20,000 bases of DNA from an uncultured virus (IMG/VR IMGVR_UViG_3300026078_000030) (lineage: Duplodnaviria > Heunggongvirae > Uroviricota > Caudoviricetes). Both the position numbers and the translations under genes were made by a program. The notes below the pieces were generated by a model. That model saw only the letters and a list, made by a program, of their open reading frames with translations. It did no database searches and was not told where the DNA came from. The first letter of the stretch is position 1. The number at the start of each line of letters is the position of its first letter. Where the stretch lies: IMG/VR virus record IMGVR_UViG_3300026078_000030, one strand, 5' to 3'. Shown here in pieces: positions 8,685 to 15,243 of this stretch.

Positions 8685-9038
8685 TTAGGTCACAGCCCTC
8701 ACACAGGCCCGATTAAGAACCGCCCACGTCGATCGCAGCGTCGCCGCATCTGCTGCATCGTTTCCGCCCGTATTGACAATTTCAAGCAGCGCCGTGATGA
8801 AGGCGTTGTAATTGAGCACATCGTCGGGATTCGCGGAGTTTCCGGCCTGCAATAAATGGGGGGGGCCATCATCGCGAGCGTCGGCCCACGCTGACACACT
8901 GGCGGCCCTGGCATACTCATCGCCGATACTCGCCTTGTCGTCTGCGATTTGGGCCAAAAACAGCCGGAACGCTTCAGCACGCGGTCGAATGCGCGTGTCG
9001 CAATAAACCTGCATCTGTTCGTTAGTTGCATCTGGCAT
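8685..9038 (-). CDS. Hypothetical helical protein (117 aa), possible partner or chaperone of the beta-helix protein
   Basis: Stop lies 1 nt before the beta-helix start; GAGGGAAAGG upstream. Confidence 0.7.
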   Translation of the reverse strand: MPDATNEQMQVYCDTRIRPRAEAFRLFLAQIADDKASIGDEYARAASVSAWADARDDGPPHLLQAGNSANPDDVLNYNAFITALLEIVNTGGNDAADAATLRSTWAVLNRACVRAVT

Positions 9039-9080
9039 AATCGCGGACCTTTCCCTCGCAGATCAGACTGAAAAACTCGG

Positions 9081-9368
9081 TTACTTCCAATCTCCTACGC
9101 TGTACATAACGCCTATCGGATACGCCGCTACCTGGGAGAACCGCCAGCTCGGCCCCTGCCGCTTCGCCCGCGGTTCCTCCACGGGCTTCCTGATCCGTGA
9201 TTTCTCCATCATCTCCAGCAGCCTCCGTCGCACGGCCGCCAGCCCTACGAAATCAGAATCAATCTCGTGTGTCTCGCGTTCCTTGTCATAGCGGATACAG
9301 GGTGTCGGGAGCGAATAGACCGCATGGGTGTAAATCGCTTTCAGGTCGGGAGGGAGGGCAACGGTCAT
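9081..9368 (-). CDS. Hypothetical protein (95 aa)
   Basis: TGATG overlap with the upstream gene at 9366-9370. Confidence 0.6.
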   Translation of the reverse strand: MTVALPPDLKAIYTHAVYSLPTPCIRYDKERETHEIDSDFVGLAAVRRRLLEMMEKSRIRKPVEEPRAKRQGPSWRFSQVAAYPIGVMYSVGDWK

Positions 9369-9697
9369 CAATCGGCGGTCTCCGTAGATTCGTAAGTCGC
9401 TTCAAAAGCCTCTTGGCTGCATACGTGCTTGTCGCCGGTGATCCCGCTGATGATCCAGTCGCCCGGCCTGAGCACGATGTTGTCATTCGTTCCGCCCGTC
9501 CGAATCATAAAAATGTTGCCGCCGAATTCAGGACCGAATCCCTCGCCGAAGCAGTAGATGTCGCCCCGTTGGAGATAGTCTGGTGGACTGACTGAATTGC
9601 CTTTGCGATGGCTGACCATTGCGGGATCGTGTCGTTCATCGCCCGGTGGCCACCACTGGACGGCATCGAGATCAATCGGTTTCTGTCGAATCTTCAT
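9368..9697 (-). CDS. Conserved phage protein, PGDYG/PGDW-like (109 aa)
   Basis: KPIDLDAVQW...LRPGDWIISGITGDKHVCSQEAFEATYE matches the widespread phage pattern KPV.IEA.QW...GDWII.G..GE.YPC...F..TYE. Confidence 0.75.
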   Translation of the reverse strand: MKIRQKPIDLDAVQWWPPGDERHDPAMVSHRKGNSVSPPDYLQRGDIYCFGEGFGPEFGGNIFMIRTGGTNDNIVLRPGDWIISGITGDKHVCSQEAFEATYESTETAD

Positions 9698-10121
9698 TAG
9701 TCACTCCCGTGGTCGTCACTGGCTCAACAATGTGCGGCTTGAGGCACGCATCCTCATACATTTCCTCAAGAATCACGTCGGCCCCATCCGCATCAATTTT
9801 GCCGTCACCACTTCCCGTTTCGCGAGAATCAACGCCCACGAGATGATTGCGAAGCACGTTGACGAACTCATCTTTGAGCATCCCGCATACAATCGCCACT
9901 CCCTTGCTGTCGGGCCATTGCTCAAACTTCAGTGGCACCTCAAATTCCTTGTCGCCGTAGAAGTCATGCAAGAATGTTCCGGGCAGAATTTGCTCGATGC
10001 TGAATCCAGATGGCGCATCGCAATACACACACGCCGACCGAAGCGCAAGCATGTAAAATGAGCCGTCGGGACCGGGGAACTTGTACCGATCCGCATTTGA
10101 TTCACAGCCACATTCGCACAT
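9672..10121 (-). CDS. Hypothetical Zn-binding protein (149 aa)
   Basis: MCECGC...ACVYC...; GGGAG upstream of the ATG at 10121. Confidence 0.7.
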   Translation of the reverse strand: MCECGCESNADRYKFPGPDGSFYMLALRSACVYCDAPSGFSIEQILPGTFLHDFYGDKEFEVPLKFEQWPDSKGVAIVCGMLKDEFVNVLRNHLVGVDSRETGSGDGKIDADGADVILEEMYEDACLKPHIVEPVTTTGVTNEDSTETD

Positions 10122-10154
10122 AGGTCGCTCCCATCTTGTCGAAACGCCGCATCC

Positions 10155-10201
10155 AAAATCGCCCGCCGAGGCGCATGCAGCGTCATGCTGCCGGCGGGCG
10201 A
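10155..10201 (-). terminator. GC-rich hairpin followed by a short T-tract (terminator/attenuator-like)
   Basis: Perfect 10-bp inverted repeat TCGCCCGCCG/CGGCGGGCGA (10159-10168 and 10192-10201) with an inner GCATG/CATGC stem, followed on the minus strand by TTTT; intergenic. Confidence 0.5.
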
Positions 10202-10236
10202 CGGCATCGTGCTTCCTCAGAAAACTCGTTGAGTAG

Positions 10237-10437
10237 TCATTCCAGCCTCTTGCCAATGTCGCTGGCGTTTATTTCCAGTCGCTTCAAATCACTCGCAAGT
10301 CCTCTGAGATCCGCCGCTGCCAAGTCCGTTCTCCTGCACTTCCGGCAGCGCTTGCCGGATCGTCCCCAGGCATAGCAGCCGATGCCGAAGACCACGATAC
10401 CAGCGAACCAGAGGAATATGCTGGTGGCTTCGGTCAT
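10237..10437 (-). CDS. Small membrane-anchored protein with CxxC and a coiled coil (66 aa)
   Basis: IFLWFAGIVVFGIGCYAWG hydrophobic segment, then CRKC and a heptad pattern; ATGA overlap with the upstream gene. Confidence 0.7.
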   Translation of the reverse strand: MTEATSIFLWFAGIVVFGIGCYAWGRSGKRCRKCRRTDLAAADLRGLASDLKRLEINASDIGKRLE

Positions 10438-10715
10438 GCTGGGGTAACTTCCGACTGTGCCGCAGTCGTGGCCGCCACAAGCGCGTCCTTCGCAGCCTGA
10501 ACGGCAACCAGATCAGCCGGTGAAACCGTTCCGGCCCTGAGCGCGGCTGCCACCGCATTCAGTGTCGCCACCGCGCTGTTCGCGGCCGTTACTAAGTCCT
10601 GAACTTGCTGGATCATATTCGCCTGTCCTTTTTCGAGGATCGAAACTCGGGATGTTAAGCGTTCAATGTGCTGGTTGATTTCTTCCGACCATGACAGCCA
10701 ACCGTGCTGCGACAT
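10434..10715 (-). CDS. Ala-rich coiled-coil protein (93 aa)
   Basis: ...IQQVQDLVTAANSAVATLNAVAAALRAGTVSPADLVAVQAAKDALVAATTAAQSEVTPA; GAGGA upstream. Confidence 0.75.
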   Translation of the reverse strand: MSQHGWLSWSEEINQHIERLTSRVSILEKGQANMIQQVQDLVTAANSAVATLNAVAAALRAGTVSPADLVAVQAAKDALVAATTAAQSEVTPA

Positions 10716-10718
10716 GGG

Positions 10719-10907
10719 TTATTCCTCAACAGGGATGGCATGCGCCGCCACGAACTCGGCTTGACGCTCATCGACTTCCACGCGGGCCGCGTCCAGCTCC
10801 TTCAGGAGACGGCAGTGTCCGTTGAACGAATCGACGACGGCCAGTTGCTTTTCGGTCAAGGCGCTCATCGCTTTCGTGAGCGCCTGTTGTGACTGCTTCG
10901 GGGTCAT
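10719..10907 (-). CDS. Coiled-coil hypothetical protein (62 aa)
   Basis: AGGAGCAACGCA directly before the ATG at 10907; MTPKQSQQALTKAM... Confidence 0.7.
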   Translation of the reverse strand: MTPKQSQQALTKAMSALTEKQLAVVDSFNGHCRLLKELDAARVEVDERQAEFVAAHAIPVEE

Positions 10908-11148
10908 TGCGTTGCTCCTGATTGAATGAGTTTTCAAGCGGCCCGAAGTTTCCGAAGTCGACGCTTATCTCCGCGCGACCTGCGGGCGCGAGCATTGGCG
11001 TTGACGATCGGACTTGTGTTGTTTTTCGGACCCATGCTGTGGAATTTCCAGCACCATTTCGGCGTCGGCTCAAAAGTCATTGGATGAAGCCCTTCGGAGC
11101 CTTCCGGTATGAATTGACTCTTTTGCGAAACGCTCATTGCGTTGCTCC
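10904..11148. repeat. 15-bp direct repeat flanking one gene
   Basis: TCATTGCGTTGCTCC at 10904-10918 and 11134-11148 (minus strand GGAGCAACGCAATGA, i.e. RBS plus start). Confidence 0.9.
10934..11137 (-). CDS. Basic hypothetical protein (67 aa)
   Basis: GGAG RBS and ATGA overlap with the upstream stop; lies between the 15-bp repeats. Confidence 0.65.
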   Translation of the reverse strand: MSVSQKSQFIPEGSEGLHPMTFEPTPKWCWKFHSMGPKNNTSPIVNANARARRSRGDKRRLRKLRAA

Positions 11149-11553
11149 GGGGGGAGGGTCGATTAGTAAGTCGGCTTTCACGCCGATGTTCTGATCCGGC
11201 GCTGTTGCAGCCGGGGGCGATACTGGCGCCGCCGCAGGCTTGTTGAACATCGCCGGCAAGAGAGAGCCTGCCGCCAGAAGTGCCGGTCCGCCCAGGCCCA
11301 GCATGATGCCCTTGGCGATCGGACTGGAAAGGAATCCAGAAACAGCCGGTGCGACTCCTGCGCTCGGGCTGGGATTCGATGCAGCGGGAGTCGTCGCCGG
11401 CATGTTGAAGACGTTGCGGGTGATGCCCCCGGATTGATTGCCGGCGGCGTTCAGCGCAGCGTTCATGTATTTGAGTCCCAGGTCTCGCATCTCGCCTACG
11501 GAGTCATCCCACGACGAGGGAGACTGCGCTTGGCCATTATTTGTGGCTGCCAT
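11134..11553 (-). CDS. Membrane protein with Pro/Ala-rich linkers (139 aa)
   Basis: Gly/Ala/Leu hydrophobic segment IAKGIMLGLGGPALLAAGSLLPAMF flanked by low-complexity linkers; AAGGAG upstream. Confidence 0.8.
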   Translation of the reverse strand: MAATNNGQAQSPSSWDDSVGEMRDLGLKYMNAALNAAGNQSGGITRNVFNMPATTPAASNPSPSAGVAPAVSGFLSSPIAKGIMLGLGGPALLAAGSLLPAMFNKPAAAPVSPPAATAPDQNIGVKADLLIDPPPGATQ

Positions 11554-11554
11554 G

Positions 11555-11884
11555 TCAGGCTCCTTTGATAAGAGGAAATGTCACCGCACGTTCGGCCATC
11601 TTGGCCGTCAGCTCGGCGCGGCTCTTTTCGGAATCGGCCAGAGCCTGCCTGCCACGGTCGATCAGGGACACGGCGACGGCGATGCTGGCTTGATCGACCG
11701 CTGCTGCTTGCGTGACCTGGATCATCGTTGCCAAGAGTCCAGCCTGAAGTTTGTCGAACTCGGATGCCGCGGTAACGTCCGTCGGGCGAAACTTCGGCAG
11801 CGTAAGAATTGTCTGTTGTAAACTGCCCACGACGCCCTGAAGCCGGTCGGCGTTGGGCGTCGTGGGATCGAATGTGTCTGACAT
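11555..11884 (-). CDS. Helical Ala/Gln-rich hypothetical protein (109 aa)
   Basis: AAGGA upstream; tightly packed with neighbours; amphipathic helical pattern. Confidence 0.8.
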   Translation of the reverse strand: MSDTFDPTTPNADRLQGVVGSLQQTILTLPKFRPTDVTAASEFDKLQAGLLATMIQVTQAAAVDQASIAVAVSLIDRGRQALADSEKSRAELTAKMAERAVTFPLIKGA

Positions 11885-11908
11885 GGCCGGGGTTCCTTGT
11901 CAGAGGCG

Positions 11909-12172
11909 TTACTTGGTCACAGCCGTCGGGGTCGCTTCCTGCGCCTGACCGGGCGAACGGGGCGTCACGTCGGCGAACTTCAGGTTCATGCCCTGCTCGG
12001 GAATGTTGGCCTGCAACAGGTTCGACGAAATCGCCGCGCCGATCGAACGGCCGTCCTGCATCAGATTGCCGCGGTTGAGTTCGGTCAGGAACTGCGCGCC
12101 GCTGGTCATGTCCTTGACCTGCACGCCGAAAGCCTGGTCCAACTGGTTCACAATACTCGGGTCGATAGGCAT
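11909..12172 (-). CDS. Gln/Asn/Ala-rich helical hypothetical protein (87 aa)
   Basis: GGAG upstream; preceded by a small hairpin CAGGGC/GCCCTG at 12208-12224. Confidence 0.8.
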   Translation of the reverse strand: MPIDPSIVNQLDQAFGVQVKDMTSGAQFLTELNRGNLMQDGRSIGAAISSNLLQANIPEQGMNLKFADVTPRSPGQAQEATPTAVTK

Positions 12173-12232
12173 CTCAAAAACTCCAATTCCGGGGGACGAA
12201 AACTATTCAGGGCTACGCGCCCTGCAAAACAC

Positions 12233-12583
12233 TTACGATTCAGGGGTAGCATCGCCTTGCGGTGCGGAAGGCTTCACTTCGTCGCGATGCAGCAACTCGA
12301 AATGATCGGCTTGCCCATATTCGAGGTCGTACCTGACCTTGCTGAGACTGCCGTCATTGTGCGCGTGAAGCTGGCCCGGCGCAACATTATGTGCTTGTGA
12401 TGGCAGGATTGGCTCGACGAGCACATGGGCCAGCTTGATATTGCAACTCGATGCGCCGGAAGTTACGTCAAGCAATCTGCCAACCAGGACAGCCGGCTTG
12501 CCATCGGCGCCTTTGACGTTGTAGCCGGTTCCCTTAACCAAATCTCCGACGTAGGCCGGAGTTCCATCTTTGTAATGCGGCAT
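12233..12583 (-). CDS. Small phage protein, possibly SH3-like beta fold (116 aa)
   Basis: MPHYKDGTPAYVGDLVKG...VGRLLDVTSGASSCNI; AAAGGAAAG upstream; flanked by an imperfect direct repeat. Confidence 0.75.
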   Translation of the reverse strand: MPHYKDGTPAYVGDLVKGTGYNVKGADGKPAVLVGRLLDVTSGASSCNIKLAHVLVEPILPSQAHNVAPGQLHAHNDGSLSKVRYDLEYGQADHFELLHRDEVKPSAPQGDATPES

Positions 12584-12602
12584 CGCTCACTTTCCTTTCG
12601 AT

Positions 12603-13748
12603 TCACGGGGTATTTGGCGCGATCGTCGCGCCCGACACGTTCAACGGAATCCGGGCCGTTGAACCTGACTTGACGTTCGGGACTTCCCTGATGACCTTGC
12701 CGCTGGCGTTATCGATCAGACGAATGGTTACAATTCCAGGAGGCCCGGCTGGACCCGACATCCCCGGAATGCCTGGAGGCCCTTGCGGACCAGTTTTTCC
12801 AGCCGGGCCAGTTTCCCCTGTCTGGCCTTTTTCTCCGGGGACGCTTGCGCCGGGCTTGATTCCGGCGATCATTCGTTTCAATTCGGAAATCTGCTCTTGT
12901 AGAGCCGAGACGTCGGCCTGTGTCACTCCGGGGGGGCCGGGCTGCGGAGGATCGACATTGTTTGGCGGCGGTGGATTGGCTTCTGGCTGCGGCACGATGT
13001 TCGGCTGCGGCGATGGCCTTGAGTAGACCTTGCGCCCCTTCGGCGGTGCTTCAGCCGGCGGTGGTATCGTCGTCTTGCTGCGCTGCACAATCTTGATCTT
13101 GCGGCATTTACCACCGAAGCAGTTTGTCCGGTCCTTCTGGGAGAACTTGTACAGGCTCTGGTAGTCGCACGTCAGCATGTACGATGTCGGGTCGTTGCTG
13201 GCCGAGATCACCCCCACGAGCTTGCCGTTCTGGACGACCGACCCACCGGATGCGCCGTTGCCGAGGGCACCGGACAGCTTGAACTTGAACAGCCTGATCT
13301 TTGCTTGTTCGTCTGCGAAAAACTGGCTGCTGTCGTCAAGATTGCCTTGCACGGAAACGAACTCCGCACCACCGGGAAACCCGGAAATCGTGACGGGGCA
13401 ATTCTCGTCGAAAGGCTCGGTTGAAATCGGTATCAGGTCGATGGCTGGAGCGCCTTTGGCGAGCACGGCGAACAGGGCAATGTCCGTCTGGTGGTCGATG
13501 TCCAGAAGCGTCGCGCGCACGTTTGAGCCGTCGAACGCCTCGATGTCGAACTTGCCGCCGATGATGCCCTTGAAGCCGTGCGCGCAGGTAATGCCGTAGA
13601 TGCAATCGGTGTCCCGCGCGACGAATTGGCCTGAGCCGACCCGACCGCCGTTGGTGAATATGACCGACGCTTCACGGATGCCGGCTTGGCAGCACGAAGC
13701 CACCAAAATTATGCCCAGGCATAGCGCGCCATAAGTTTCTCGGATCAT
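12603..13748 (-). CDS. Secreted trypsin-like serine protease with Pro-rich linker, coiled coil and collagen-like repeat (381 aa; alternative start 13808)
   Basis: Signal-like LCLGIILVASCCQA; catalytic triad motifs ITCAHG, TDIALF and GASGGSV; then CFGGKC, a Pro-rich stretch, DVSALQEQISELKRMI and ~12 consecutive Gly-X-Y triplets (~12729-12836). AAGGTG upstream of the ATG at 13748. Confidence 0.9.
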   Translation of the reverse strand: MIRETYGALCLGIILVASCCQAGIREASVIFTNGGRVGSGQFVARDTDCIYGITCAHGFKGIIGGKFDIEAFDGSNVRATLLDIDHQTDIALFAVLAKGAPAIDLIPISTEPFDENCPVTISGFPGGAEFVSVQGNLDDSSQFFADEQAKIRLFKFKLSGALGNGASGGSVVQNGKLVGVISASNDPTSYMLTCDYQSLYKFSQKDRTNCFGGKCRKIKIVQRSKTTIPPPAEAPPKGRKVYSRPSPQPNIVPQPEANPPPPNNVDPPQPGPPGVTQADVSALQEQISELKRMIAGIKPGASVPGEKGQTGETGPAGKTGPQGPPGIPGMSGPAGPPGIVTIRLIDNASGKVIREVPNVKSGSTARIPLNVSGATIAPNTP

Positions 13749-13804
13749 GGTGACACCTTTTCTGCTGACTTTCGACAGGGACACGATTCGGAGTGCAGGG
13801 CCGA

Positions 13805-13975
13805 TCATCCGCTAGAAATCCTGAATACGAGATAGTCGTGGCCTTCAATTGTTTTCTTATAACAGTCAGGAATTTCGCCAGCGGTGGCGACTCCGGGCGG
13901 CCGCGATTGGGCGCAGCCGGCGATGGCGAGGCAGAGCAGGAGCAGGGATATGATAATTGAGCCAATTCGGGTCAT
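13805..13975 (-). CDS. Small lipoprotein (56 aa to the first TGA; 76 codons if the TGA is read through to 13745)
   Basis: Translated by hand: MTRIGSIIISLLLLCLAIAG-CAQSRPPG...IEGHDYLVFRISSG*SALHSESCPCRKSAEKVSP*. Lipobox IAGC; ATGA overlap with the upstream stop. Not in the ORF track. Confidence 0.7.
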   Translation of the reverse strand: MTRIGSIIISLLLLCLAIAGCAQSRPPGVATAGEIPDCYKKTIEGHDYLVFRISSG

Positions 13976-14211
13976 GGCTTTTTCTCCACGGGCGGATCAA
14001 CCGGCGTCCGCATTAACGAGCTTTTCAGGACCGCCACCACGGCGATCGCCGCGACCTGAAGACAGTCGCCCTTGAACTGCTCCAGGCTGTAGGAATTGAT
14101 CTCGGGAATGCGGACGATCAGGTAGGCGCCGACAACTGTCCAGGCGACATGCACGTCGCGCTTGAATTCGGCGGGACCGTAGCCGAAGTCTAAGTAGTCT
14201 GAGAGCTTCAT
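13972..14211 (-). CDS. Holin-like small membrane protein (79 aa)
   Basis: Two short hydrophobic segments (VHVAWTVVGAYLIV; LQVAAIAVVAVL) and a charged C-terminus; TAATG overlap. Holin call rests on topology and position only. Confidence 0.55.
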   Translation of the reverse strand: MKLSDYLDFGYGPAEFKRDVHVAWTVVGAYLIVRIPEINSYSLEQFKGDCLQVAAIAVVAVLKSSLMRTPVDPPVEKKP

Positions 14212-14480
14212 TATTGCGTCCCCTTGTGCAGACGCCACGTCGGCGCCTGCGCCTCTAGCGTCGCGATCTTGATGCCGTGCTGGTCCATCTTCGCGTCCCC
14301 CTTGTTCAGCCGATTCCAGACTTCCTTCCGGTCTCGGCTGCAATGTTCGTTTTCCTCGTTGAGCGAACGGATGTCTGACTGCAAATCCCCGAACTTCTTA
14401 CCGATCCAGAATGACTGCACGATTGCGGCCACAATGATGCCCGCGATCGTGATGGTGATCTGCAACCACTCTGGATTCAC
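14211..14480 (-). CDS. N-terminal TM plus coiled-coil protein (89 aa), XhlA/holin-like architecture
   Basis: GGAGG then GTG at 14480, overlapping the upstream TGA; WLQITITIAGIIVAAIVQSFWIG followed by heptads ending KIATLEA. Confidence 0.7.
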   Translation of the reverse strand: MNPEWLQITITIAGIIVAAIVQSFWIGKKFGDLQSDIRSLNEENEHCSRDRKEVWNRLNKGDAKMDQHGIKIATLEAQAPTWRLHKGTQ

Positions 14481-15010
14481 AATCGGCCCTCCGTAGCCGG
14501 GAGAGCTGGGAGTTCGGCCCAGTGGGTCACGGCAGATATTTTCTCGCTGAATCCTTCGTCGCTGACCGACCAATGCGGATTTCCATATTCAGCGATCACC
14601 TCACCGCGATAGCGGCTTTCTGGATCGACGTGAATCAAATGACCGAAGCATATGCCGCCATCCGACATCACAAGCATGACTCGTTTTGACCAGCCTCCGG
14701 CGACATCTTCCGGCAGGCGCTCCGTCACCGGAATCCAGCGGATGACAGCGAGATCGTCGCCAACCTCGCCGACCTTCTTCCACGGAATAAACGGGTGATC
14801 GGCATCGCGCTTGACAGAGAGCCACAGCCCAGGCGCAGGCCCAATTGATCTGCCACCACTGGAATAGTCGACGCAAACATTGCGGCCGGGCGTGCCATCT
14901 GGGTTTAGCGGACTCGCCTCCGCTGGCCGCGCCAACCATGCCGAGAGCAACGGCAGGGACGCCAGCCAGGATGCGGCGGAAGCGAAGAAAGAGCGGCGGT
15001 TTTCGGCCAT
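14477..15010 (-). CDS. Protein with twin-arginine-like N-terminus and C-terminal DUF551-like domain (177 aa)
   Basis: MAENRRSFFASAASWLASLPLLSAWLARPAEA; C-terminal WIPVTERLPE...VTHWAELPALP. Confidence 0.75.
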   Translation of the reverse strand: MAENRRSFFASAASWLASLPLLSAWLARPAEASPLNPDGTPGRNVCVDYSSGGRSIGPAPGLWLSVKRDADHPFIPWKKVGEVGDDLAVIRWIPVTERLPEDVAGGWSKRVMLVMSDGGICFGHLIHVDPESRYRGEVIAEYGNPHWSVSDEGFSEKISAVTHWAELPALPATEGRL

Positions 15011-15174
15011 CGTGGCACCCACGGGAATCTGTCGTAGACTCGACCGGGCTGCCTGAAATGCAATCGCGGTCGCAGGACTGATTCTCAGGCACTCCGAAGA
15101 ATGCTTGGGAATCAATCCCCGACCGCTTGCTTTGTGTCGCGCGCGTTGAATATCAGGGCTTGACTATGCCTGTT

Positions 15175-15204
15175 ACTCTAACCAAGTTTCTTAGCGAATG
15201 TCAA
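15175..15204 (-). promoter_or_regulatory. Sigma70-like promoter, candidate late-operon promoter
   Basis: TTGACA (15204-15199), 18-nt spacer, TAGAGT (15180-15175); directly downstream of a terminator hairpin, in an AT-richer gap. Confidence 0.65.
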
Positions 15205-15209
15205 CGCCT

Positions 15210-15243
15210 AAATGCGAAACGCCGCCCATTTCTGAGCGGCGTT
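15210..15243 (-). terminator. Rho-independent terminator-like hairpin
   Basis: AACGCCGCTCA-GAAA-TGGGCGGCGTT followed by TCGCATTT (weak U-tract). Confidence 0.65.

Noticed and set aside
9030..9385. Fifth start-region repeat (CATAATCGCGG versus CATCAATCGGCGG) around the 95-aa gene
   Set aside because: Needs two indels over about 12 bp; not distinguishable from chance.
12603..13748. Protease as the capsid maturation protease
   Set aside because: It has a signal-like N-terminus, trypsin-type motifs and a collagen stalk and lies far from the head genes; HK97-type prohead proteases usually follow the portal. Not formally excluded.
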